NCBI GenBank assembly: GCA_003130875.1
Contig: QEXY01000123.1
Coordinates: 16,673 to 80,672, forward strand
DNA: 64,000 nucleotides
From: Ardenticatenia bacterium
GTDB lineage: Bacteria > Chloroflexota > Anaerolineae > 4572-78 > NAK82
Direction: 5' to 3'
A model generated the notes under the pieces. That model did not search any database. It was given only the letters and a program-made list of their open reading frames with translations, and was not told the DNA's origin. Position numbers and translations under genes: made by a program. Positions within the stretch are counted from its first letter, which is position 1, and each line of letters opens with the position of its first letter. Positions 34,286-43,451 of the stretch are shown here, piece by piece.

Positions 34286-36748
34286 CTATTGCCAGTTGGT
34301 CAAGGGACCCTGTCTGCCAAAGTTGTTGGCGATGAGCACCACGTCCAGGATGTTCACCACACCGTCGCGGTTCAGGTCCGCCTGCTCATTGGTCGAGTCC
34401 ATCGCGGCCGCGACGATGGCCAGGTCAAATACGTTGATCACATCATCCTGGTTGAGGTCACCGGCCAGCAGAGTGATCGTGCCGACACTGTTGGCACTGA
34501 TATCTCCTGTGGTGGCAGCACGAGCAGCGGCAGTTCCAGGTGCTGCCAGACCACTCAGGAAGCCAGGCATGCGCACCGTGATCGGCTCGGTGCCGGCGAC
34601 GGCGAACTGGCCACTGGCGTTGGTCACCGTCTGAGCCCCGCTGGCGCTGGTCACCACGACCCCACTATGATCACTGCGTCCCTGCAGGATGACCGTGCCG
34701 GAGATGCAATCGGGGGTGATCTCCGCACTGCCGTTGCGCACGCCGACCGCGACCGGTGTGCCGCCGTCTGGCGTGACCTCAGCACGCGCCAACGTCACCG
34801 CCGAAACGCCGGGCCGTTGCGGTCGCCAGTCAATGATGATCAACCCCTGGTTGCCCTCGATGAGCTGACCGCCGATCATCTCACCTTCAAAGAAGATACG
34901 TCCACTTTCCGTGTCCACTTCGTTGCGTCGAACAGCGGCCGGATTCGCCTGGAAGACTCCATCCAAGCGCACCTGCACGCCCCATACATACGGATCCGCA
35001 TCGACCACCTGGATCACTTGCGGGTCATAGGTGATTTCAAGTGCCACGCTGCGCACGCGGGTGGCGTTGCGGATCGAAACAGCCGTCTGCGCTACGTGGG
35101 TGCACCACGAGGTGCTCAGTCGCTCCGGCTCGACCACCATGGTTGTCCCGCTAGGAGAGACGCCGCCCACGGAGACACTGGCGCTTGCGCTGCACGGCGC
35201 AAAACGTCCTCCGGTTGGATCGGTGGCCGTGATGTCAAAGCGATAGACCCCGGCCACATCGGTGTTTTGGTACACGCCTTGATAGTAGCCGGTGAGGTCG
35301 TTCATCGGGAGTGGCGCTGCGCCTGCTGCTGCCGTGGTCGGCTTGGTGACAATCGCTGCCACCGCAGCGCCTGTGACGGGATTGCCTGCCTGATCCAACA
35401 CCCTTGCCGTCACGTAAATGGTGTCACCCAGGGCATATTGCGGCTTGTCGAACACGACGTCGGCAATACGGCACGCTGCCTGAGCGCAAGCGGCACGCTG
35501 CGCAACCTGCTCGCGCAGCCAGGGCAGCATCCCATACAGATAGTCGCCGGGTGAGAAGGTGGCTGTCACATCCCGACCGCCCGCAATGGTGGGAACAATG
35601 CCTGCGCCATCGTATTGCGTGGCTGCGCGTGGATCAAGCCCTTTCTGTCCCACTTTCCAGGCACTCAGTTGGATGCCGGCCTCGAGCATTGCAGGGCTGG
35701 GTTGGGCATCCATGAGTCCCAGGTAACCGCAGTTGCCGTAGCAGCCGATAAAGCCGATCGCCATTGAGCCACGGTTGAAGTTGTCGTGGATGCCCACCAC
35801 ATCGTCACCACCGGCACGTCCCTCGTAGATGACCCCATTGGGATCGATGAGATAGTTATAGCCGATGTCACCCCACCACAGCGTGTTCGCATGGTAGTTC
35901 CAGATCGAGCGCACCACCTGAGCCCAGTTCTGAGGATTGTTGGGGGTTGCGGTATGGTGGATAATAATGTGCGTCACCGATTGATACTCAGGTGGCCGAC
36001 GTGGGCTGAACGGACCGTCGGGGCAGCCCCACATCGTGCGCGACACCACAGGGGGCTTGGGCACCGGACAGACGCCCGCTTGAGGCGCTTCGGCAGATCC
36101 CATCTGACTGGCAATGGCGGCGTCGCTCGGACCGCTTTGGGTATCGCTGAACGTCAACGTGACGCTGCGCAACAGCGGTGACGCACCGTCGGACGCCGCC
36201 TGCATCGTCACGCGAAATTGGATGCTGACTTGACCGCCGCCCACCCAGATCAGGCTGCCGCCATACTGGTTATCGCGCACCGGGTAGTACGCCACCGGAT
36301 TCTCCACCCAGTTGCTCCAATTGCTGCCATCCTGACTGAGGCGCGTTTCCATCTTGAGCACGCTACCTGCCGGGACTTCCGCGCTCCAGATGGGCACGAT
36401 ATCCGACACCGAGGCCAGCGGAGCGTTGATCACTCCCGAAGTGAAAACCCCACTCGACTGACCCGCTGCCAACGCGATGCCACCTGCCGTGAGCACCACG
36501 CCTTCCAGATTGCCCGAAGCGGCTAGAAAATCGGCCGTCATCTGAGCTTCCTGGGACTGAATGGTGGAGCTGCCGTCCGCTGCCGCGTACACGGCCGATT
36601 GGAAGGTGGGCTGACCTCCCTGTGCCCGTGCGATCAGAGGCAACCCGCTCAGCAATAACAGTCCGATGCTGAACAATCTGAGGAGACACCGCCAGGGATA
36701 AATGCTGAGGAGACACCGCCAGGGATAAATGGTGTTTCGTTTCATCAT
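34286..36748 (-). CDS. Secreted PGRP/amidase_2-like + Ig-like + cohesin + dockerin protein
   Basis: Signal peptide; IIHHTA, WGDIGYNYLID..G.IYEGR; cohesin-like ITYDPQVIQVVD; dockerin GDLNQDDVINVFDL / ADLNRDGVVNILDV; SD AAGGAGG. Confidence 0.85.
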   Translation of the reverse strand: MMKRNTIYPWRCLLSIYPWRCLLRLFSIGLLLLSGLPLIARAQGGQPTFQSAVYAAADGSSTIQSQEAQMTADFLAASGNLEGVVLTAGGIALAAGQSSGVFTSGVINAPLASVSDIVPIWSAEVPAGSVLKMETRLSQDGSNWSNWVENPVAYYPVRDNQYGGSLIWVGGGQVSIQFRVTMQAASDGASPLLRSVTLTFSDTQSGPSDAAIASQMGSAEAPQAGVCPVPKPPVVSRTMWGCPDGPFSPRRPPEYQSVTHIIIHHTATPNNPQNWAQVVRSIWNYHANTLWWGDIGYNYLIDPNGVIYEGRAGGDDVVGIHDNFNRGSMAIGFIGCYGNCGYLGLMDAQPSPAMLEAGIQLSAWKVGQKGLDPRAATQYDGAGIVPTIAGGRDVTATFSPGDYLYGMLPWLREQVAQRAACAQAACRIADVVFDKPQYALGDTIYVTARVLDQAGNPVTGAAVAAIVTKPTTAAAGAAPLPMNDLTGYYQGVYQNTDVAGVYRFDITATDPTGGRFAPCSASASVSVGGVSPSGTTMVVEPERLSTSWCTHVAQTAVSIRNATRVRSVALEITYDPQVIQVVDADPYVWGVQVRLDGVFQANPAAVRRNEVDTESGRIFFEGEMIGGQLIEGNQGLIIIDWRPQRPGVSAVTLARAEVTPDGGTPVAVGVRNGSAEITPDCISGTVILQGRSDHSGVVVTSASGAQTVTNASGQFAVAGTEPITVRMPGFLSGLAAPGTAAARAATTGDISANSVGTITLLAGDLNQDDVINVFDLAIVAAAMDSTNEQADLNRDGVVNILDVVLIANNFGRQGPLTNWQ
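36678..36731. repeat. Exact 27-bp tandem duplication in the signal peptide
   Basis: CTGAGGAGACACCGCCAGGGATAAATG x2, encoding IYPWRCLL twice. Confidence 0.92.
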
Positions 36749-36902
36749 GACCTCCTTAATCCGATTTCGAACAGCAACCGGAACGCCACAGGCAGCACGC
36801 ATTACTGCTTCCATCTTACGATAGTGCTGGGGTGTGCTCAAGAGAGTTACTGCGGAACTCTTTCCCGTGACAACTATGGCGCCCGGATACGTGTTAATGC
36901 GG

Positions 36903-36941
36903 AACAAAGAAGGGCCAGCTCAAGTCAGTGCTGGCCCTTCT
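36903..36941 (-). terminator. Hairpin/terminator between the two cohesin-dockerin genes
   Basis: AGAAGGGCCAGC...GCTGGCCCTTCT 12-bp stem, then TTGTT on the minus strand. Confidence 0.65.
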
Positions 36942-36961
36942 GGATCAGCGGTGCATCAGGG

Positions 36962-38200
36962 TCACGGCACCGGGCCGAAGGGGCGTGGGCCGGTCAGGCC
37001 ATAGTTCTTAGCGATGAGCGCCAGGTCAGCGATGGTCACTACACCATCGGCGTTGAAGTCCATCATCTCCAGCGCGGTGCTGGTGCCCACCGGTGCACCC
37101 AAACTGCCCGCAGCCACCGTCAGGTCGAAGATGTTGATTGCGTTGTCGCCCGTCACATCGCCGGCTAGCAAGGTCACCAGGCCCAGGTCGGTGCCAGGCA
37201 GCACGTTGGTGGCGCGTGCGCTCAGGTAGCCCGGCCGGCTGACTGTCACGGTTGGATAGGCAGCAGCAAAGGGGATGCTGACCACACCGGCCGAGTCGGC
37301 CACGTCCACGAACACGCCCGCCACCACTGACACGTCGGTGACAAAGCCGGGGGTGGGGAAGTTGTTGTTGGGATCGTCGTCACCGGGTACCTTACCACCT
37401 TCCAGAGCAACCTGGAACTGCAGGCCAGCAGTCGTGGGGCTGCCCACTATCAGGTTGGCCACCGGCGCCTGGTTGGCGACTAAAAGCGGTGTCGGCACCG
37501 GCTTGCAGTACACATTGGGCGCAGGTAAAGTATCCGGCAAGCAGGGCCAGATGGAGCTGCCGCTCTTGTTCGCCAAGCTCAGGATGGGGAAGGTGACGAT
37601 CGAGGTATCACCTGCCGCCACGGGCTGCACTTGCCAATAAATGCGGATCAGCGAACCGGTGCCACCCAGCGGCACTTTGGGGGTGGACCAGTTGTACACC
37701 GTGATGTAAATATAGCTGCGCCAGCAGACACCGGTCGCGGTGCCACAACCGCCCGGCGCCGGAATGCCAGGTTCATTCACCGGATCGAGTGGGGCTGCAT
37801 AACCCCCGATCTTGGACTTGTCAATGGTGTAATCCACCCCTGGTGTCAACCCGTCGAACAGCGAACCGGGGCGGATATCTTTGATGCGGACCACGTCCTT
37901 ATTGTAATCGATCGCAATCTGCACCGAAGCCAGATTGTCCACATCGGCCACTGTCAGCTCGGTAGCCGCGACACCACCGGAAGGTACTGTTTGGGCTACT
38001 CCCACTGGACAGATCGGGCCGACCGCAGCGTTGCTATTGCTGTTGGGGTTAAGGCAGAAACCGGCGTGGACCGTCTGGGCGGCTTCGACCTGCCCCTCTC
38101 CTTCGGGTTGCTGGGCCGCCGCGGGCGTGATCATCATCGCGATCAGCATCAAAACGAGCCCTAGCGCTCCTATGCGTTTGCACCAAGTAGCTGCTCTCAT
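36962..38200 (-). CDS. Secreted cohesin + dockerin protein without a recognisable catalytic domain
   Basis: Signal peptide (...PAAA|Q); cohesin-like IDYNKDVVRI...GTGSLIRIYW; dockerin GDVTGDNAINIFDL / DFNADGVVTIADLALIAKNYG; SD AAGGAGG. Confidence 0.82.
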   Translation of the reverse strand: MRAATWCKRIGALGLVLMLIAMMITPAAAQQPEGEGQVEAAQTVHAGFCLNPNSNSNAAVGPICPVGVAQTVPSGGVAATELTVADVDNLASVQIAIDYNKDVVRIKDIRPGSLFDGLTPGVDYTIDKSKIGGYAAPLDPVNEPGIPAPGGCGTATGVCWRSYIYITVYNWSTPKVPLGGTGSLIRIYWQVQPVAAGDTSIVTFPILSLANKSGSSIWPCLPDTLPAPNVYCKPVPTPLLVANQAPVANLIVGSPTTAGLQFQVALEGGKVPGDDDPNNNFPTPGFVTDVSVVAGVFVDVADSAGVVSIPFAAAYPTVTVSRPGYLSARATNVLPGTDLGLVTLLAGDVTGDNAINIFDLTVAAGSLGAPVGTSTALEMMDFNADGVVTIADLALIAKNYGLTGPRPFGPVP

Positions 38201-38334
38201 GTCCTTCCTCCTTAGATCAATCAAGAAACTTTCACTCCTCCTCAGCGAGTCGCCGGGAGTCCTGCTGTGCGTACCTGTTGGCGTCCTCATTGCCCAGTTT
38301 GTGCCGACCAAGGTCGGTCTCACTATCTACAGGG

Positions 38335-38363
38335 ATTGTAGCAAGATTACCCCGGCGTTACAA
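38335..38363 (-). promoter_or_regulatory. Promoter for the cohesin-dockerin genes
   Basis: TTGTAA, 17 bp spacer, TACAAT with extended TG. Confidence 0.6.
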
Positions 38364-38497
38364 CGGTAACAGCCCGCAAACGCGGTTAGGTGTTATCACG
38401 GAACAGGGTGGGAGCTGTCGATCAAGGCGAACTTTTGTCTTCACGCCTTGGGCGGTTATAATTTTAAAGCCTAAAAATCACAGGAGGTGAAAACTCT

Positions 38498-40249
38498 TTG
38501 GAGAATCCCATCACTTATCAGACATTTTCGGCGCAGGCGATGGAGGACTTTCATCGTGCCCGTCGCCGTGCTGTGCTTGAACGCATTCTGGCCACTCTGT
38601 CCGGTCGTTCGGCCGATTTACTATCCTATGAAGATGTGTTGAAGAAGCTGAAGGAGAAAGGGCGCGCTTCGCGCGGACTCAAGGACATCCCTCTGGATGC
38701 CATCGTGGGCAGCGTCGGGCGTTACCAGGATTTCACGCGTACCTTCCTGCCTCGTCGCGATGAGGATATCCATCGCTGGACACGTGTTCAGATGGCGATG
38801 AACAGCATGACTGGCGTGCCACCCATCGAGGTTTACCAGATCGGCGATGCGTATTTCGTATTGGACGGCAACCATCGCGTCTCGGTGGCGCGCCAGATGG
38901 GTGCCACCCATATCCAGGCCTACGTAACTGAGATCAAAACCAAAGTGCCGCTCACGCCGGATGTGACACCAGATGAGCTGATCCTGAAAGCAGAATATGC
39001 CGAGTTCCTTGAAAAGACCAAACTGGACGAGCTGCGTCCGGGTTGCGACCTTACTGTAACCGTGCCGGGTCAGTATCGCGTGCTGCTAGAGCACATTGAT
39101 GTGCACCGTTACTTCATGGGGTTGGAACAACGGCGTGAAATCCCTTATCACGAGGCGGTCACGCACTGGTACGACACGGTCTACATGCCGGTGGTGGAGG
39201 AAATTCGCGAACATGGCATCCTGCGTGACTTTCCGGGCCGCACCGAAGCCGACCTCTACATATGGATTATGGAACATCGCGCCGCGTTGCAGGAGGAGAT
39301 GGGATGGAATGCCATCCCCTATGACGCTGCCGCGATGGATCTGGCGGAGCGGCGCAGTCCCACGGCGCGTCGATTAGTCAGCCGCATTGGGGGCAAATTG
39401 TTGGAAGCAGTCGTCCCAGATGAGCTGGCAGATGGGCCTGCGCCGGGACAGTGGCGCACGCAGCGTCAGGCCGATCAGTGGGAACGTCCGCTGTTCGGTC
39501 ACGTGTTGGTGCCGGTCAGCGGTGAGGTAAACGGTTGGGTGGCGCTCGACCAGGCTGCCGTCGTCGCACGCCGCGAGGGATCTCGGCTGCTGGGGTTGCA
39601 TGCCGTGCCAACTACCGAGGAACGCGATGGAGAACGTGCGCGCCGGGTGCAAGAAGAGTTCAACCGTCGCTGCCATGAGGCGGGAGTCCAGGGCGAACTG
39701 GCCATAGCGGTCGGCAGCGTGTCGCAAGTGATCTGTGGACGTGCCCGTTGGTGTGACCTGGTCGTGGCCAACCTGGCGCATCCACCCACGCCCCAGCCCG
39801 TGGCACGACTGCGCTCGGGATTCCGCACGTTGATCCGTCGCTGCCCCATCCCTATCCTGGCGGTGCCCCACCATGCCACACCGCTCACGCGCGGATTGCT
39901 GGCCTATGATGGCAGTCCCAAGGGTCGTGAGGCGCTCTTCATGGCCACCTACCTGGCCAGCCGCTGGAATCTGGCGTTGACCGTGTTAACCGTGCTGGAG
40001 GATGAGCGCGCCACGCCTGAAACGCTTGAGGAGGCGCGACAATATCTGGACACCCACGGGGTTCATGCTGCCTATGAGACCCGCTCCGGCGATGTCGGTG
40101 AAGCCATCCTCGAAGTGGCTGAAGCACGCCAGAGTGAGGTGATCGTGATGGGAGGATACGGGTTCAGCCCTGTCCTGGAACTGATGTTGGGCAGCTCGGT
40201 CGACCGCGTGCTAAACGAGGCGCAGGTGCCCATCCTCCTCTGCCGTTAA
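38498..40249 (+). CDS. ParB/Srx-like N-terminal domain fused to two universal stress protein domains
   Basis: IVGSVGRY.DF...PPIEVY....YFVLDGNHRVSVAR; VLVPVSG and LAYDGS...MGGYG...LGSSVDRVL; SD AGGAGGTG before TTG. Confidence 0.85.
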   Translation: MENPITYQTFSAQAMEDFHRARRRAVLERILATLSGRSADLLSYEDVLKKLKEKGRASRGLKDIPLDAIVGSVGRYQDFTRTFLPRRDEDIHRWTRVQMAMNSMTGVPPIEVYQIGDAYFVLDGNHRVSVARQMGATHIQAYVTEIKTKVPLTPDVTPDELILKAEYAEFLEKTKLDELRPGCDLTVTVPGQYRVLLEHIDVHRYFMGLEQRREIPYHEAVTHWYDTVYMPVVEEIREHGILRDFPGRTEADLYIWIMEHRAALQEEMGWNAIPYDAAAMDLAERRSPTARRLVSRIGGKLLEAVVPDELADGPAPGQWRTQRQADQWERPLFGHVLVPVSGEVNGWVALDQAAVVARREGSRLLGLHAVPTTEERDGERARRVQEEFNRRCHEAGVQGELAIAVGSVSQVICGRARWCDLVVANLAHPPTPQPVARLRSGFRTLIRRCPIPILAVPHHATPLTRGLLAYDGSPKGREALFMATYLASRWNLALTVLTVLEDERATPETLEEARQYLDTHGVHAAYETRSGDVGEAILEVAEARQSEVIVMGGYGFSPVLELMLGSSVDRVLNEAQVPILLCR

Positions 40250-40336
40250 GGTCGCGTTCTTGAGTGTGCCTGCGGCCTCCTGAGAGGGGCCGAGATGCTC
40301 CGTCGGCAAGACGCCGCTGGACGTTGTGGCATCGTG

Positions 40337-41863
40337 CTATGTCGTGCCCGCATAAGATGGGGCGCGTCCGTAAATCTCGGTCATGTCTGCCAGGCGACGG
40401 ACGGGCTCTTCCCGGGTGAATGCATCAGGTGGGCAGCGCCATGCCCAGTTGCCGCTGTCGCGTCCAGGATAGTTCATGCGCGCATCCGAGTCGAGCCCCA
40501 GGATGTCCTGCATTGGGATGATGGCCATGTCGGCCACCGAGCTCAATGCCAGGCGGATAAAATCCCAGTGGAACTCCTTGCCATCGCTGCCCGTGTAGCG
40601 CAGGGCAAGTGCGCGCTCACCGGGCAGTGCGGAACGTTTGAACCATCCCAGCGTGGTGTCGTTGTCGTGGGTGCCGGTGTAGACGACACAATTGCGCGGA
40701 TAGCGGTAGGGTGGATCCATGTGCTCGAGGCGACCGCCGCCAAAGGCGAACTGTAACACTTTCATGCCGGGCAGCTCAAACTGTTCGCGTAACGCTACCA
40801 CCTCCGGGGTGATCACCCCCAGGTCCTCGGCGATGATAGGCAGGTGCGACACTTGGAGCGCTGAGCGAATGGCATAGAACAATTCGGCGCCAGGGCCTTT
40901 CACCCAACGACCTGGAATGGCCGTTTTCTCACCCGCTGGCACCTCCCAATAAGCCTCAAAGCCACGGAAGTGATCGAGGCGGACGCGGTCCACCATGGTC
41001 AGGGTGGCGCGCACTCGGGCGATCCACCAGGCGTAGCCCTGCTCCCGCAACACTTCCCAGCGATAGATGGGATTACCCCACAGCTGCCCGGTGGCGCTGA
41101 AATAGTCGGGCGGCACGCCAGCGACCACAGTGGGCATGCCCTGTTCATCCAGCTGAAAGAGCTCGGGATGCGTCCAGACATCGGCGCTGTCATGGGCGAC
41201 GAAGATGGGCAGATCGCCCACAATGAGAATGCCACGTCGGTTTGCCGCCTGCTTGAGCACCTGCCACTGACGGAAGAACATAAACTGGAGATATTTATGG
41301 AAAGCGCACTCCTCGCTGAGCTTGTACCGCCAGCTTTCCAGTGCCTCGGGGCGTCTGGTAATGAGCTCCGTTTCCCAGGCATACCAAGGGGCGCCACCAT
41401 GGGCGTCCTTTAGTGCCATAAAGAGAGCGAAATCCTCCAGCCAATCAGCATGCTCCTGACAGAAGTGCTCGAATTCGGTATGCAATGTCGCACTGCCCAT
41501 CGCGCTGAATCGGGCAAATGACTTGCGCAACACCTGCCTCTTGAAGGGTATAAGCGCCCCGTAGTCCACGCGTTCGTGTGGAAATGGGGGCATTCCTGTA
41601 AGATCAGCAGGGAAGAGCAGCCCCTCCTCCAGCAATCGATCACAACTGATGAGCAGGGGATTGCCGGCAAATGACGAAAGCACCTGGTATGGGGAGTCAC
41701 CATAGCCGGTTGGGCCCAACGGAAGCACTTGCCAGATGCTCTGCTTGCTTTGGTTTAGGAAGTCGAGGAATGTGTAAGCGCCTGGCCCCAGGTCACCGCA
41801 CCCGAAGCGGCCCGGCAGGGAAGTGGGATGGAGCAGCACACCACTGGCACGTTTGAACTCCAT
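40337..41863 (-). CDS. malQ: 4-alpha-glucanotransferase (amylomaltase, GH77)
   Basis: GVLLHPTSLP, GDSPY, GVPPDYFS.TGQLWGNP, RLDHFRGF, IAEDLG, YTGTHDNDT. Confidence 0.97.
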   Translation of the reverse strand: MEFKRASGVLLHPTSLPGRFGCGDLGPGAYTFLDFLNQSKQSIWQVLPLGPTGYGDSPYQVLSSFAGNPLLISCDRLLEEGLLFPADLTGMPPFPHERVDYGALIPFKRQVLRKSFARFSAMGSATLHTEFEHFCQEHADWLEDFALFMALKDAHGGAPWYAWETELITRRPEALESWRYKLSEECAFHKYLQFMFFRQWQVLKQAANRRGILIVGDLPIFVAHDSADVWTHPELFQLDEQGMPTVVAGVPPDYFSATGQLWGNPIYRWEVLREQGYAWWIARVRATLTMVDRVRLDHFRGFEAYWEVPAGEKTAIPGRWVKGPGAELFYAIRSALQVSHLPIIAEDLGVITPEVVALREQFELPGMKVLQFAFGGGRLEHMDPPYRYPRNCVVYTGTHDNDTTLGWFKRSALPGERALALRYTGSDGKEFHWDFIRLALSSVADMAIIPMQDILGLDSDARMNYPGRDSGNWAWRCPPDAFTREEPVRRLADMTEIYGRAPSYAGTT

Positions 41864-43451
41864 TGTGCACCTCATAAATCTGTACTCCGTCTTGATCGTA
41901 GATCAACTGTACGTCAGGCAAATCGTCAGGCGAAGCGTTGCCCAGCGCACGCTCGGAAGGACCGTAAAAGATAAAACGCACCTGATGCTCCCTCAGCAAA
42001 GCCAGGCGTGCCTCTGCGCTCAGCGTGCCGTTGAAAAAGGCGCGCACCTGGTCGCGTCGCATATCAGAGTGCACGCTTTGCGGCCCGTGTCCGACGAAGG
42101 AGCGCACCAGAGCGCGCGTCGGTAACAAGTTGCCCGTGTCATAGGCCGCTAGCACCACGGCATCCGCTTCGGCATATGCGGCCAACCAGTCCATTGCCGT
42201 CAGCACCGCGCGCGTGTTGAAGACAAGTGGCGGTCGCTCCGTGACCAGGATGATGAAGCCGCCAAGCAGCAGCAGATTGGAAAAGGTGCTGATCGTCTTG
42301 AAACCCGACACCGCCCTTCTGCGCCACCCAGGTCGCATGCGATAGAACAGCACCACCAGCCCACAGACGGCCATCAGCGCAAGAGGCACCTGATAACCAT
42401 TCAGAAAACGACGCTGCAGGTTCGAAGGGATATAGAGGAGCACCGGGATCACCAGCACCCACAGCACTAAGAAGGGAAAATCCTGCTGACGAGACAATGG
42501 AGTACGCCGCAGCAGCCCCACCAGCGCCAGCGGACACAGCAGTCCGAACCCCAGCAGATAGAACAGCGGATGGGGCGACCGGACGAGGTTCTGCTCCTGC
42601 CAGCTGCGCAGTATGGGATCAGCATGAAAGACAAAAAGTGCGTGGACAAGAAAGGGCAATGAAGGGGAACTGGCAACGCCGAGGCGGAGCAGCGGCTTCC
42701 AAGCAAACGCGCGGGAACGCCACCCTTGCCAGGCCCAGTACAGCGTCAGCAGGCCGATCAGGATAGGGGGGCTGTAGGGGTGGATCAAGCTTAGAAGCAT
42801 TGCTGATAGCGCTACACTGAACCCGTCTCTCCCATTGGGATGGCGCAAGAACCGGAGCCCTGAGATGGCTAGCCACAAGATGGATGCCTGCGCCAACACC
42901 AGATGGGGGAAGGTGAGCATCGTGAGGAAGGCGGATGCGTCCGGCACCCACAGGTCGGTGGGCATGGCGCCGGGCGCAAACGTTCCGCCGGCCAGTACCC
43001 ACAGCCATCCCAAACCACCGCCGAACGCTACCAGAAACCAGCTGAGACGACGCACGGCATGCCATGGAGTGAAATGGGCTACGAAGCGGTAAAGGGCCAG
43101 GAGCAAGAGTGGGATCGCCGCCGCCCGTGCCAGGTGAAGCACGAGCACCATTGGTAAGTTGGACAGGTGGGCCAGCTTGCCCAACACGAGATAGATGAAG
43201 TTAGCGAAGAGGCCTGCGTGGGGTTCGGGTGTGTAAGGGTTATGGAACAGCCAACGCCCCGCTGCTCCCTGGTACATCGCCGCCAGATAATTGTTACCAT
43301 CCTCGATAGCTACGAAGAAACCGCTGAAAGCATGATCGGGCGTTTCCATCAGCCATCCGAGCCCATACGGAATGCTGGTCAGGATGATGAGCGCCGCACT
43401 GCCAAGTGCCCACCATTTCCATTCGAGGCGACTGATGGTTTCCCTTGTCAC
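41793..43451 (-). CDS. Polytopic membrane protein, probable GT-C fold glycosyltransferase
   Basis: Many TMs; first-loop EDGNNYLAAMYQG..G.WLF..PYTPEPH; DLWVPDA, FPH; GTG start coupled to upstream stop; 3' end overlaps malQ by about 70 nt. Confidence 0.7.
   Translation of the reverse strand: MTRETISRLEWKWWALGSAALIILTSIPYGLGWLMETPDHAFSGFFVAIEDGNNYLAAMYQGAAGRWLFHNPYTPEPHAGLFANFIYLVLGKLAHLSNLPMVLVLHLARAAAIPLLLLALYRFVAHFTPWHAVRRLSWFLVAFGGGLGWLWVLAGGTFAPGAMPTDLWVPDASAFLTMLTFPHLVLAQASILWLAISGLRFLRHPNGRDGFSVALSAMLLSLIHPYSPPILIGLLTLYWAWQGWRSRAFAWKPLLRLGVASSPSLPFLVHALFVFHADPILRSWQEQNLVRSPHPLFYLLGFGLLCPLALVGLLRRTPLSRQQDFPFLVLWVLVIPVLLYIPSNLQRRFLNGYQVPLALMAVCGLVVLFYRMRPGWRRRAVSGFKTISTFSNLLLLGGFIILVTERPPLVFNTRAVLTAMDWLAAYAEADAVVLAAYDTGNLLPTRALVRSFVGHGPQSVHSDMRRDQVRAFFNGTLSAEARLALLREHQVRFIFYGPSERALGNASPDDLPDVQLIYDQDGVQIYEVHNGVQTCQWCAAPSHFPAGPLRVR

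Noticed and set aside
34106-35554. 482-aa plus-strand ORF
   Set aside because: Antisense shadow of the amidase-cohesin-dockerin gene; no motifs
34286-38200. Cellulosome
   Set aside because: Single cohesins, no CBM3 or cellulase domains
38201-38330. Riboswitch in the ~130-nt leader of the cohesin-dockerin gene
   Set aside because: Small hairpins only; no family signature
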